Below, piece after piece: positions 1 through 13,886 of a stretch of DNA of 64,000 nt. The notes under the pieces are model-generated. The model saw only the letters and a list, made by a program, of their open reading frames with translations. It did not search any database and had not been told where the DNA came from. Made by a program: the position numbers and the translations under genes. The DNA comes from Octopus sinensis. Its lineage: Eukaryota. Where the stretch lies: contig NC_043012.1 of NCBI RefSeq assembly GCF_006345805.1, forward strand, positions 31,806,001 to 31,870,000, given 5' to 3'. Position 1 is the stretch's first letter. The number at the start of each line of letters is the position of its first letter.

Positions 1-355
1 GTGAGACATTGCTTCCCAAGAATATGGTTCCGCGTTCAATTTCACTGCATGATAGCCTTGAGTCGATTATAGCACTGTGAGTGGGCTCGGAGAATAGAAA
101 TAGAAAGAAACATATCCGGTCAGCACATTTATCGCGAATATAAGGGGTGTGTATTCCTACACATACTAATTCTTTTCCGTCGAGGGCTTATATGCTTCAA
201 TATGTGACTAATTTCTTTAGCAAATACACGGTGAATGCTTACAAACTATGTGCTTATAATTTTTATTTACAGAATTTTCATTCGGTACCGTTTCCTCATT
301 TAAGATAGAAAATACACACACACAGACATATATAATATATGATATTTAATATTTA

Positions 356-408
<53 letters not shown>

Positions 409-590
409 TGTGTATTCGTTTGTAGTGGTGTGTTTACGTCTCCGTAACTTAGCGGTTGCACAAACGAAAGGATAAAATAAGTATTAGCTTTAAGAAGAAA
501 AACAAGCACAGGGAGCCATTCGTTCAACTAAAAATCATTCAAAACGGTGCACAGTCATGGCCACATTCTAATCAAAGAAACATTTAAATA
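1..590 (+). mobile_element. Decayed copy of composite SINE family A (head, internal microsatellite, body/tail)
   Basis: 1-110 resembles the head and 420-590 the body (gtgtttacgtctccgtaacttagcggtt...ggtgcacagtcatggccaca) of better copies at 19358 and 37847. Confidence 0.65.
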
Positions 591-1889
591 TATAAGATAT
601 ACGATTATTGAATATATATTGAGTATCTTTAGCATTGCTCTAATGTCTAATATTTTTAAAAATAGTTCCAGCTACTGAACTATAGCCATGCTTGTGCACC
701 GGCGCCAAACATTCTGAGAATGCGGAGTCTGAGAGTCCAAATTAAGTCAGCTATTTCGAAAGGAACAATATTAAGCATTATATGATCTACTTCATTCACA
801 CAAGAAACCTATTCCTAATTTAATCCTTTACATTAATTAGTTCCTTTACGTTAATATCATGTAACACATGGAGTTCATTTGATTAAAATCCTTCTGTAAT
901 AGCTATAGATATTATTAAATTTTATATTACTTAGCAAATTATTTCCCGCGATAACACGGTAGAGGAAGACTGGATTGATTATGAACAGTGAGTTGATTTA
1001 AATTGTTTCTTATTGGTTTTGATTTTTCATTTCAACACAAATATTTTTCTCATCAATTTGGAAAATGACATATCCCTCCAGAACATCAGTGGATTCTAGG
1101 AGTATAAAAATTCATGCACTTGTTAATTTTCCAGTTTTCAGTGGCGTATAACAATCATTGCTTAAAATATAAATTCTGCGATCATTGTAAAGAAAAGTAG
1201 AGCTTATTAAATGATAAAAGTATGATAGATTTTAAAATTAGGATTTTTCTTAACTTTTCTTTAGATTAATTAACGTAGTTTTAATAACGAATTTTCTTAG
1301 CGCACAGCTACATATACGCACACATGAGTTTGTGTCTGTAGATGACTAAAGATGCTATAAATGTAACATGACAACGCCAATGTATATGTATATATTCCAG
1401 GAGATTCAAAAGTAATTAACAATTTATGAGAAGAGACATCTCTCCAGGTGAAAATGTAATTTAGCTCTATTCAAAGTACACCTTCAGTTACTGATATACA
1501 AACTTGTGAGATACTAACGTCCATAAATGATATACAAATACCAAGTACATTGTTGTCCTTGATAGCTTTATATCAGCCCTTAGCACGGAACAATAATGCT
1601 AGAAGACTAACAATAATGCTAACAACTTTATTACTTTTCTATGGTGATGCTTGCTGCACAATTTTGATGCGCAACAATATGGAAAGTATATAAATAATGT
1701 AAGCACTGGTGTGTGGACATGTTACAGTACATTTGCCTGAAGTACTTTTCCATAATGCAGAGACCACTCAGTGTTAAACACTAATACATATTATAATAGA
1801 ACTAGAATCGTAAATTCAAACGACTCCAAGTAAAATCCATATATTGATGAATGTTTTGAATATTTGAATCTACGTTGTGGTGTATATAC

Positions 1890-2757
1890 TATTTTACTAT
1901 TTTAAAATGCTTCAGCTGCAAAGCTGTGGTCATGCTCGAGCACCACCATTGACAGAGCTACACCATTATTTGGAACCTCCTCTGATATGTGGAATTTGGT
2001 CAATGAGGGAGTTTGATGCTTCTGCCCTCATCTGTGTTTCCTGCCGTAAGGTAGGCTCATCTGGAACCCGTAACAGGAAGAGATCCAGTTTTGTTTTAAA
2101 GGCACTTACATTCACGCCATGAAGGTCACTTAGGCATTTTGAAAGGATATTAAAACACTGTGAGCCCTTGAAGCCCAAGGTGTTGCAGTATCTGGTACTA
2201 TATTTTGATGGCGATGCTGGAAAGTTTGGCATTATGCAGTGGCGCCCCGTTCTGCAGTTTGAGTAACTTTCAATGCTAAAGTTTAGTACAAGGCCTTCTA
2301 GAATTTTCCAGATGTATATCACTGCATATCTCTCCCGCCTTCGTTCCAGGGAGAAGAGTTTTAATTCTTTAAGTCTTTCTCAGTAGCTGACATGTTGCAT
2401 CGAGACGATTTTCGTAGTGTAGCTTCGTTGGATTGCTTCGAGTTTCGCCGTAGATTTTTTATTGTGTGGTGATTGTAGTTGGGAGCAATAGCCTAAGCGG
2501 CTGGGAACGTATGTTATCCAAAGGATCATCAATATCTCCTTTTCTGTTGTTTTGAAAGTTCGGAGGATCCATCCAGACAGCCGTTTGCATTTTATTACCA
2601 AATTGGTGATATGCACTTGAAAAGATGCATCATTGCTCATGTCAATACCCAAGTCACGTACTGATTTTGATTCAGGGATTTCAATTCCGCCTGGACAAGT
2701 GTATCCTGTTTGCATGTCGTTTAGCTTTGTGTGCTGGTAGCGTAGGGCCTGGAATTT
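1890..2757 (-). mobile_element. 5'-truncated LINE, CR1/L2 group (RT C-terminus plus 3' tail), pseudogenised
   Basis: ORFs 2380-2715 and 1966-2322 give SVRDLGI, LEAIQRSYT, IYIWKIL, FKTKLDLFL; homologous to 30705-31765; stem-loop and short-repeat tail at 1890-1950. Confidence 0.85.
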
Positions 2758-2844
2758 TATATATTTATATATAGCTTATAGGAATAACAATACTGTATGT
2801 TTTGAATTCCTCTTATTGAAATTGATGTATACATTTGTGTATTA

Positions 2845-2908
2845 TATCTGTTTCTTTATTACCCACAAGGGGCTAAACATAGAGGGGACAAACAAGGACA
2901 GACAAACG
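2845..2908 (-). mobile_element. 3' fragment of SINE family C
   Basis: Reverse complement matches the 3' end of 49573-49810 (gtttgtctgtccttgtttgtcccctct...ccccttgtgggta). Confidence 0.8.
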
Positions 2909-4402
2909 TGTATTATATCACGTCACTGTATCATATTAAGAATTTACATAAATAGACATTAATTAAAACAACGTTGTGTATTAGCTTAAATAACCGTGTA
3001 TTTTAAAAATAACAGCATTTAATGTTTCTTGAGTGATCTTTAGACTAATCAAATAGGAAGTTTGGCATTTCTTTAGATAGTTGTATTTTACTTATCTTCC
3101 CAGACGTTCAGAAAGACGTACAACGCTGTTCCTTACTCATTTTAAACCTGCCAAAGGTATTTCATAGCTATGAGATAGTTCTATGCCTTAAACAAGCCAT
3201 TACGTGTAGTCTCTGGTCTCTATTCTATGTATGTAGAGTTGGCGATAAAAACAAAAAAATATTTTATTTTCAATAATCGATTTTTAAAAATATTCATTTA
3301 AAGGTTACTATCTATAATGAAGATTTAACGAGGTTGTGCGATGTTCAAGTCATTTTGTTGAGCCTAATCAGAAGTTTATCTGTACAGCATTCACTCTTTC
3401 TAGATGATAAATCATAATTCATTAACATCTAGAATTGTAGTAGCTACCGTGTAGAAAACCACAAATTATAACACGCATAAAATCAACTATCCTATTAATT
3501 TTTGTACTGATTGTATTGGGGTTTCATGAAATACTTACTTGTTCGAACTCCTTTGATCATCCACAGGCATTGTTCTTTTGTACGTTTAACCTAAGGATAT
3601 CTTCACTTTTGCCAAAGTTTGGAATTAGAAAACTCAGTCAAACAAAATGCTGAGCCGAGGAATTGCCGCTGTGTTGTTGTCTGCAGTTTCTGTTCGCCTG
3701 CCAAAAATGAAACGGAAACCAATTTCCAGTCTAGCATACATACTTTTAGAAGTATGTATTTTTGTAAAATATATAGAGCGTTAAAGCAGTTTCAATACTA
3801 CCATAGGAATTACAACCGTGTTTCGAGGCCTGCTACCACAACAGCTCCTTTATAGGATCCAGTTATCTCAAGACATCATCAGGAGGAACCACGTCCGGTT
3901 TCGGCCCCTACTCCTCTACCGTTTTGACGTGGTGACCCACCCCTTTCAGAGGTGTCTTCAGCTCTGGTGTTGGGTGCATGTCTTCTTTCTTCTTTCTTCT
4001 GTTCCCTGGCCTCTTCGATGTATCGTCAGTGAGTGTCAGCCGGTGACTGCTGACTTATCACATTTTTTTCCCTTTAAATACCTGCCGCTAGGCTCCAGCA
4101 GGCAGCCGCTGTAAAAATATTTAAAAAATAGTTTACAACTGCTCTTTAGTGTACATGGGTGTACACTAAGAAGCCACCGATTAAAAAAAAAGCACCTCAC
4201 AATATGGCGTATACCTTGAAAACAATTATAGAAATGTAAAGTATAATAGCCATCTCAATATGGCGAACCACAAAGGGTGAATGTTACTGTAGCTTTTAGC
4301 CCCAGGAGATCATCGTTTCCAGCTGGCTTTAGGCACACTATCTGTGCCCTTATGGTATTTGCAAAAGGAGGCCATCCCTTTCTCGTAAGCCTAAGTGATA
4401 CG

Positions 4403-4446
4403 CACCGGACCGCGGTTTCGAGGTTGTTGCCTCTTGTCAACGGGTG
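4403..4446 (-). ncRNA. Decayed minimal type I hammerhead ribozyme motif
   Basis: Minus strand reads cacccg TTGACAA gagg-caacaa-cctc GAAA ccgcgg TC cggtg: perfect helix II, palindromic helix III (ACCGCGGT), GUC site; the core differs from CUGACGA at two positions. Confidence 0.6.
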
Positions 4447-5299
4447 GTAATCACCGGATTACGATGAAAGGGAAAGCCTGTATGCAAATATATATGTGTT
4501 TTTCTAGTAACTTCCGTCACTGATTTCGAAAAACTGTCTGCAAGCATTATTAAATCTCTGAACGAGATGTAAACAGTAATCGCTCGACAATGTAAAGTAT
4601 AATAGCCATCTCAGTATGGCTAACCACAAAGGGTGTAACTAAAATATTTTTTTCTGAAAGCCATTAACCGCAGAAAGAAATATGAATAGTTTTAAAGAAG
4701 GTTCCAAACGGCTTACGGAAGCTTACGTCTAATTGTAGACTTCACGCCATTAAAATAATATTGGTTTCTAGCTAAAGAGAAAGTAAAAGAATGAGCGACA
4801 CGATGATCATATATTCAGAGGAATATTAATATCCAAGTGAAATGAATTATATTAAGCAGACATCAACACGGAATTACATATTCTGCGCCAGAAACGTATA
4901 GCTAACAAACAGATTGCAACTTAATTACAGTTAATATTAATGATATAAATCAAACTGCATGGTAAGTGCCGAAAATCACACATAAACACAGCGGGTGAAA
5001 CGTCCGCAATTCCGTTTATATTCTCATTAAAGCAATTTTATTACTCTTTGGAATACCGCGAATATCGCCTTAATTCGCTGTCCACAGTAGTGAAATTGCC
5101 AACGTTGCTATTATGCTAGTTGCTATTATACTAAGAACAACAATATTATAAATATAATACATTCTATTCTATTTAGCACAATACGTCTATACGAAGTGCA
5201 ATACTGTGGCATTCTAGCAGTCTATTCCCGTTGCGTGAGACGTAATACTGCTTCCATCGTTAATAACGAATTTTTTTACCCTGTTCGCTAGCTATCTGT

Positions 5300-5720
5300 G
5301 ACCCAAATGATTTTTTTCTATGAAACCAGCTGGAGCTGCTTCAAACAATGTCAGATTTTCCTGTGATGTGATGAGGTTGGTGCCCCCTTGATCTGGTGTC
5401 AGATGAGGTGGCACTCGCCGAGCAGAAATCTTCATTATTCCAAGTTGAATATGCAGAATATTCTCAACTCTCTTACGGGATATGCTGATAACATCGACTA
5501 TAGAAAGCAGGATCAACATTTTCCAAGGTGGCCCAGACTTTGGATCATCTTAAAGTCGCTCCCGTCCCATTCTATATTCAGCTGCCCGCATTTATAATAT
5601 TGATAAAGCTGGCGCATCATTCCCTAAAGAAGTAACCATGTCACCATGGATGTTTTGGGGGGGTAATTCATTTTCTTCAGGTAAATATTTACACCACGAA
5701 TTTTGTACATTTTCAGGTGC
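5300..5720 (-). mobile_element. Mariner transposase N-terminal relic
   Basis: ORF 5292-5519 has KISARRVPPHLTPDQ (WVPHxL motif); upstream frame gives DAPALS and DDPKSGP, like the mariner HTH/DxxRSGRP region; stops and frameshifts present. Confidence 0.75.
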
Positions 5721-8700
5721 AGCCGCTATTAGTTACTTTGAAAATCTTCTGTGAACTGTCTGATGTCAGTTAGTAATAAGAAACATTGAAACTGCATGTA
5801 TGCAAGATTTCGCAGTTCTAGCATCACTCCTCCAAAGTAAAAAATCGTAAAAGTAGCATCACTCCTTCATAGTCAAGATAGTAAAAATATAAACCTACAA
5901 CCCACTAATGTGGATTGTAGATTTATATTTTACCTATTTTGCAGGTTATATAGATTGAAACTCCACTGGTCGTCGGAAAGGATTGTTTTCTTCTTGTCAT
6001 CTTATATATTAGGACATAATAATTCGTTTTCTGTGGCATTATCATCAACTCCATAAACTTTCGCTTGTCAGGCATTTTTCAGGGAGGATCCCAGGAATTA
6101 TTTCTCCATCTAGGTGCTCTATTGGTTCCTTGTCAGAAGGACTTACCATTTTAGGGAGTAATAATATTATTTAAGAGTACGCTGAAATGTGCGACACATT
6201 ACCAAAGTACCTGGGCTGGGTAAATAATTCCACACTCTACTACAATATTCAATATGGTTTGACGATAACCAGCGGATAGAGTAGTGGGCGAAAATCGAGC
6301 CACGTTATTAAGTAATTCAAAACGCAGAAAACGTAATCCGATTTTTAAAAGATTTATACATATAAGTGTTTCTCTGTTAATTGTCGTTATTAAATTAGCT
6401 AATTCGTCCCATTGCTCGCCATTACCAGCATAAGGTATGAACATTGTTAGATGCACGCCGTAATATATCCCAGCTTATGTTCGTTTCCATTGCAGAATAG
6501 CAAAATAGAGGAGATAGAGTGTCCGATAGTAAGATAGTAGAAGTGGAATGATATGATACAGAGATGAGAAGAGGTCATACGCATCTAGATGGAAACACGT
6601 GCTCTCTCATACGTTCACCCACCCCTTATATATATGTATATATATACACGACTGTGTATATGTGTGTTTATGTGTCTGAGGATAGAAGATGATAATGTAG
6701 CCCCAAAACGATATTGTATCAACGTATACTACGAATGAAACAGTAACGCTAATATCTATAACAAGAACAGTCAATGGGGCATGTTAAATGCAAAATCAGG
6801 ATATTAGATCAGTCGCCATTGATATTTACAAGGTACTGGGTCAGAGTAGATCCGTTTTCGCAGACATTAACCTTATTTGGTGCGTTCGTGAACAGTTTGA
6901 TAAAACAAAGACAAATTGTCCACTACGTGTACTTGACACCCTCTCATCCACCAGCATACACACGTATAAATATCCATCCTCTTGCACGCATTCACAGACA
7001 CATATATGCGTTAACATATTCGTAGAAATATATATATAACAACGCAAGTATATATATCGTATAGCGACATGACTATCTCATAGTAACATACTTGGGTGTC
7101 TGCCGGTGTGTCAGTCTGACTGTCTCTCTCTCGCTTTTTTTTTCTCTCTCTCTCTCTCTCTTTCTTTCTCACATACGCACATACACAGAAAAACAAATGA
7201 GTGACAGAAATACAAATCACCATCGAATGGAAACCTCTACAAAATGTCGTAAAACTGAGATTATTTGTCATTCATCAGGAAAAAAAAGAAAATATGAGTG
7301 TTATATATATATACAATGTGTTTGGGCTAAATTTGACACCGAGTGCGAGGGCATCATGATTAAAATTATAGTTGAGAATGTGGAGGAGTGCAAGTCATGT
7401 GAATATTGGAGGGGAGTTACATGTATCATGATGATTCGAGGAGTCGGGTATGTAAATGCCAAAATGAAGAGTGCTGTTTAGTACTTTATGAATACTGTAA
7501 ACTCTGTGTGTTCACGATCTGATGCTGGCAGAAATTTTTCTTGTATGGGAGAAACAAATACTTGTTCGTTTTGAGTGGAAGATTGAGTTTGTTCAAAGGC
7601 TTCGTAGGGCGGTCTTTCCTCTTGTCCTTGATGGCTTGGCGTAAAAATTGGCCATTTCTCATGTTGTATGAGTAATACCGAATGACTCCATGCACTACCT
7701 GCCTCAGACACTCCCATGTCCCTGGTGATAGACCCGATTGACTTGGAGGGGATCGTTGTCAGTCATGGTCTGGATCTCACCAACGATCACAGTGAGTTTT
7801 CCGAGCTGCCGTGCCTTCCTAATCACCATTAGACTCATGCCACTCTTTCTGAATCCTCTGCACTCTCCTTAAATTGACACCCAAACACTCTGAAATGGTC
7901 GTATCGGAGCATCCGGCGCTAATTCCAATTTACCCATCGCACCCTGTATTTAAACGTTTTTACAAAAGCCCTTGATACACTCATAGTGTTTGAAAAAATA
8001 TTTACTAAAATATTACCGACTATTTAAAGACAGTCTTAGAGAAGCGGAACGGCTCGAACACTTTGGAAGTATATTTTCGTAGAGTGTGTGTGTAAGCGCT
8101 TTCTCTGTTGAATTTCTTCAACATAGGAGTGTATCTATATACATATATATCTATATCTACATACATACATACATACATACATACATACATACATACATAC
8201 ATACGTACGTACACCTGCACACGTGTGCGCGCGCAACTTGTAAACCTCTACCTGCTTCTCCTCATTCCGGATGACTCAAAAGCTACAAAGTCAACAGCCG
8301 TAAAACTTTTACATCAGTGCTTTTCATATCTTACTGAAATACCGAATAGTGTATAAAATATTTTTATCGGTGTATTCAGCACTAATGCGTTTGAATTAAA
8401 TTCATAAATATTATGAAATTACTCTCTACAAAAAATCCGAAGCATCCATTACCTTAGCTAATCATCTATACCACCCCGTTGTAAGTTGAATATTCAGCCA
8501 TGAGATATATTTAGTTGCAGTCGTATCCGTTTCAGATATAAACATCTATTTTTTGTTCAGCATTTCAAACATGGTTCTCTTTTTTTCTTTTTGTACCATT
8601 AAATTAGCAGAACTGCCAACAGCTTAGCAAACTTTATGATTGATTTACATATAATTTCATATTTACATTAAAGAGGTTGTAGCACTCAGAAAATGGTCGT

Positions 8701-8793
8701 TGACTTGTCTTTTTACAATTCTTCCTTTTTCTTTCTCCGACATCTGGCTGTCTCTGTCTCTCTACCTCTTCCTTATGATTACTGTAGAGTAAA

Positions 8794-8802
8794 ATGTGTC
8801 TG
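8794..8802 (+). CDS. Candidate start micro-exon (Met-Cys-Leu) of the GPCR
   Basis: aaaATG TGT CTG|gtaagt: good start context, consensus donor, phase 0 matching the phase-0 acceptor at 12686/12687; upstream pyrimidine tract and tgtag acceptor at 8787. Confidence 0.4.
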
Positions 8803-8832
8803 GTAAGTTTACATTCAATATTTCATATATAT

Positions 8833-8895
<63 letters not shown>

Positions 8896-9704
8896 ATAAG
8901 ATCGTTAATTTAAATTAAATATCGATCTTATCAAGTGACCATTATATACACATATATATATATATGAACATGCATCTAATATATGCATCTGTACACATCT
9001 ACTACTATGCATTGAACTGTCCAACCACCTAATCAATATTCCTAAATTCTTCATTCCACCATATAACTACCCCTCTCTCTGCCCCATCACTTGGACTCCA
9101 TCACTACATAACTGACACTCCTTTACCTTTTACACTATTATACCTCTCTCTCTCTCTATCACCCCCATTCCTTCTATCTGACACTCCTTTACTCTTCAAA
9201 CTTTTTACACGCTAATATCTTTCTCTCTCTATCACCTTCATCTCCCTACTTTCAAGTTATCTTTACTGACCACTAACTTGTACACTTTCCCTGTCTTCAT
9301 CTTTTTATTATCTCTCTCGTTTTTCTTTTCTACTTTTTTCTTTCTTTACCTTATTCCTCTCTTCCTGTTTTTCTATTTTCTTTTTTTTTTCCTTTTTCTT
9401 CTCTTTTTTTCTTTTCCTTATTCCTTTCTTCCTGTTTTCGATTTGACCTTACAAATACATTCCCTACTTTTAGATCACTTTAAGTAAAACCTCGATTCAA
9501 TAGCACTGTGTACAACCTCTATACTTGGAATGACCAACTTTAAATACTATGGAATTTACAACGACCAATTTTAAATACTCTTTGAATTTACTCACAATGT
9601 ATTGGAATCTTATACGTATACCATCTGCCTAAATAATGGATCTATAAATGCAATATATCTGCATATCTCACATCTATACATCTATACCGTCAATGTGTTA
9701 TGTA

Positions 9705-9852
9705 TTTCTTCTTCTTCTTCTTCTTCTTCTTCTTCTTCTTCTCTTCTTCTTCTTCTTCTTCTTCTTCTTCTTTTTCTTTCTTTCTTTCTTTCTTTCTTCC
9801 TTTTCTTCTTTCTTTCTTTCTTTCTTTCTTTCATTCTTTCTTTCTTTCTTTC
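9705..9852. repeat. (CTT)n/(CTTT)n polypyrimidine microsatellite
   Basis: Directly visible. Confidence 0.95.
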
Positions 9853-10090
9853 TATTCTGTACTTTATACATATCGAGAGATTTCAATTGATATAAGATTT
9901 ATACTAAAACGAGACAATCCTTCATTTAATGAAAGAGGATTTGCGGTATTGTTTTACTTTAAAAGTGACAAATTTGTGTGCTTGGTTTCGCCATTGCAGG
10001 CATCTGTTTTACTTTCAGGCTTTTCATACACGCACACGCACACTCACACGCACACACAAACACACACATACTCACAAACACACACTCACG

Positions 10091-10121
<31 letters not shown>

Positions 10122-10142
10122 GAACACACACACTCACACGCA

Positions 10143-10935
10143 TAGATAATAAAACGTATGGTTTATACCAGGTAGCTTACTGGTAAAGCAATAGACCCTT
10201 TCAGTGAACGTTACGTGTCTGGTTAATGAGAGACGGAAGATGGAAGGTACGAGAATTTTTTTTATAAATAACTAAAATCGTTTCGATACATATAGCACCG
10301 ATTTCAAGAACTGTTGCTTCATTTTACTATATTCTTTATGCGGTGCAAGCGTAAGACACCGTCACGGGGTGTCCAATACAAATGTAGTGGGAATGAATTT
10401 TAGTAACTGTTAACGCAATCCACCTTAAGGTATGTATGAATTAAACTTAGCTTTAATCTTCCCATTTTTATAAACACCAATTAGCTCGCTATGTGAACGT
10501 ATGACCGCCAAACCTCGCGTGTACGTATGCTTACATCTTCGTGGCTGTTTGTATGAGCCAGTGTACATGCATCATAAAGCTACGCGGTGTTTATACATCT
10601 ATATCCATCGCCAGTTATGTTTGATACATTTTCACTGTATTGTGTGCTGGTTTCTTTTTCGCATCTGTTATTTAATTACTAATATTCTTTATTAATGAAA
10701 GTATATAATTTAACTTGCTGCTTTTCTTCACAAGAACTGAGAAAATAGGTTGCGGAACTGTTATTTCAATGAGTAGTACCTGTTTCTCAACCGTCGAGAG
10801 ACATTTATGCTGTCGGATGATCCCGAAGCAGCTATGACGTATCCCACCTGTGAGGGATCGATTCTAGATGTGCCGAGACAATTGTAGTGATTAATAAATC
10901 TCTTATCTTCCATCTTCCGTCTCTCATCAAGCAGA
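10143..10935 (+). mobile_element. Non-coding PLE 3' region with inverted 5' copy of its end
   Basis: 10378-10933 aligns with 22185-22745 downstream of the GIY-YIG relic; 10143-10305 is the reverse complement of the element's 3' end (22660-22820). Confidence 0.8.
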
Positions 10936-10975
10936 TATATACACATATTCATACATATATACGTATATATATATA

Positions 10976-11014
<39 letters not shown>

Positions 11015-11157
11015 GCCACGTGTGTATCGTTGGCGATTTTCTTTCTCCGTCTTCTCTTCCTTGGACCTTCTTTCTTTCCTTTCATGAGCGTCCAATAACA
11101 CTATACTTGTTCCACGTCCTCGCGTTGTTGTGTTTTCCCTTTGTTCATGTTTGGATT

Positions 11158-11192
11158 AACTATATATATATATACATATATATACATATAAT

Positions 11193-11257
<65 letters not shown>

Positions 11258-11488
11258 TATAATATATATATATATATTACATATAATATATATATTATAT
11301 ATATATATTATATATACATATAATATATATATATATATATTATATATAATATATATATAATATATATATATATATACATATAATATATCTATATATATAT
11401 ATATACATATAATATATAAATATATATATATATAATATATATATAATATAATATATATATAAATAATATATATATATATACATATAAT

Positions 11489-11521
<33 letters not shown>

Positions 11522-11544
11522 ATATATATATACATATAATATAT

Positions 11545-11597
<53 letters not shown>

Positions 11598-11902
11598 CAT
11601 ATAATATATATATATAAATATATATATTATATACATATAATATATATATAAATATATATATATATACATATAATATATATATATATAAATATATATAATA
11701 TACATATAATATATATAATAATATATATATATAAATATATATATAAATATATAATAATATATATATATATTTACATATATATATACATATACATATATAT
11801 ATATATATACTATATATATATATATATATATATGCATATACATATATATATATATACATATACATATATATATATATACATATATATATGCATATACATA
11901 TC

Positions 11903-11949
<47 letters not shown>

Positions 11950-11999
11950 ATACATATACATATATATATATATACATATATATATATACATATATATAC

Positions 12000-12031
<32 letters not shown>

Positions 12032-12120
12032 GTATATATGTATATATATATATAGATATATATGTATATATAATATATATATATATATACATATAATATA
12101 TATAATATATATAATATATG

Positions 12121-12153
<33 letters not shown>

Positions 12154-12274
12154 TATATATATATATATATGTATATATAATATATATATAGATATATATG
12201 TATATATATACATATAATATATATATATATATGTATATATGTATATATATACAATAATATATATATATATATAG

Positions 12275-12337
<63 letters not shown>

Positions 12338-12503
12338 ATATATATACATATATAATATATATATATATGTATATATTATATATATATATAATATAATATA
12401 TATATATATGTATTTATATATATACATATAATATATATATATGTATATATATATATATACATATAATATATATATATGTATATATATATATACATATAAT
12501 ATA

Positions 12504-12534
<31 letters not shown>

Positions 12535-12541
12535 TACAATA

Positions 12542-12597
<56 letters not shown>

Positions 12598-12650
12598 GAT
12601 AGATACATACATACATACATACGTACATAAATACATATATATATTAATTT
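11158..12650. repeat. ~1.5 kb degenerate (TA)n array just upstream of the GPCR main exon
   Basis: Directly visible. Confidence 0.97.
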
Positions 12651-12686
12651 CATGACTATATATTATATATTTTCTTTCTTTTTCAG

Positions 12687-13886
12687 ACTAACACAACTAC
12701 TGTAAGTGTTTTGGAAGCGACAGCCAACGTTACATTGAATTGTGAAGATGACTATATTCATCGGAGTATCTTGTTGGAATATGTTCCTGAAAGTATTTAT
12801 GTCGACAGATACACAACGCCATTTCTTTATATCATCGGCTTTCCAGGCAATATTCTGTCATTCATCGTCTGGATACAAAGGCGCATGCGTCATTCATCTG
12901 GATATTACTTAGCTGCAATTGCCCTTGCTGATCTGTTTTTCTTAGCTTTGCAAATCGTGCATGAAGCACAAAGTGCTTGGTTCTTAACTGTCTTAGACTA
13001 TCCCATCATATGTGGAGGCTACCCTGTGTTATTTATGACTTGCCAATATTTACCACCACTGTTCGTGTTAGGTTTCACCGTTGAGAGATATATATCAGTC
13101 TGTCACCCGTTCAAACGTGAACGATACTGTACCACAAGACGAGCTAAAATTGTGATCCTTGCGCTGATCATACTTTCATTCAGTCTGTCTTCTATGCAAG
13201 GATACTTTTGGCATTATAACTCTGCGTGTCAATCTTGCTCACCTCGGAAGTGGGCAATTAATACATCATTCTGGACTATATGGACTTGGATAGTTGAATT
13301 TTTGATATTTATGCTCGTCCCAGGTTTGGTTTTGATCTTCAATATACTGGTTATATTGGAAGTACGAAGAATGTCGAAAATAGAACTTCATGGTAACGAG
13401 CAGCGAACGTCTGCCACAACTCTTATGCTTTTGACTGTGTCATTCTATCTTATATTCACGGTTCTACCAGTTACCGTAACAACCTCTCTTTACACAACGT
13501 TTCCGTATGGGAAACTGGGAATGTCCGAAGAGGAAACCCGTTCTGATCCAATATGGAAAAGATTCTTTACATATGTTTTTATTAAAGCTATTGTCAACGA
13601 GATTGGACTAACACACTTCGTATTTAACTTTTTCATATATTTGATCACAGGTCGACAGTTTCGCAAGGAACTGGAGAAACTTATAACAAGCAGTATAATC
13701 TGCACGAAATGGAATGCTTATAGACAAAGAGATTTCAGTACGAGTGGGGAGTCCACTTGGGCTTCTAGATATAGTAAAAAGGATTCGCTTGGCATGAAGC
13801 AGGGTGTAAACGGGCACACTTCATTGTTAGTTAACTGCAACAATACGACAACTACTACTACTACAAACACCGAAACTGTTGTGTAA
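12687..13886 (+). CDS. Class A (rhodopsin-like) GPCR, FMRFamide/sex-peptide-receptor-like neuropeptide receptor; main exon
   Basis: Open frame of ~399 codons after the acceptor tttctttctttttcag; 7 hydrophobic segments; TM1 GFPGN, TM2 ALADL, TM3 VERYISVCHPF, TM5 proline, TM6 FYLIFTVLP, TM7 NFFIY (NFxxY variant typical of this group); N-terminal NxT sites; the track's start codon is TTG, not ATG. Confidence 0.93.
   Translation, partial: TNTTTVSVLEATANVTLNCEDDYIHRSILLEYVPESIYVDRYTTPFLYIIGFPGNILSFIVWIQRRMRHSSGYYLAAIALADLFFLALQIVHEAQSAWFLTVLDYPIICGGYPVLFMTCQYLPPLFVLGFTVERYISVCHPFKRERYCTTRRAKIVILALIILSFSLSSMQGYFWHYNSACQSCSPRKWAINTSFWTIWTWIVEFLIFMLVPGLVLIFNILVILEVRRMSKIELHGNEQRTSATTLMLLTVSFYLIFTVLPVTVTTSLYTTFPYGKLGMSEEETRSDPIWKRFFTYVFIKAIVNEIGLTHFVFNFFIYLITGRQFRKELEKLITSSIICTKWNAYRQRDFSTSGESTWASRYSKKDSLGMKQGVNGHTSLLVNCNNTTTTTTTNTETVV

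Noticed and set aside
11389-12653. Long YI/IY-rich ORFs here, and similar YI, HT and CV ORFs across the window
   Set aside because: Translations of (TA)n, (CA)n and (TG)n microsatellites that lack stop codons
12711-12713. Track start 'M' of the GPCR
   Set aside because: The codon is TTG and the frame stays open back to a splice acceptor at 12686
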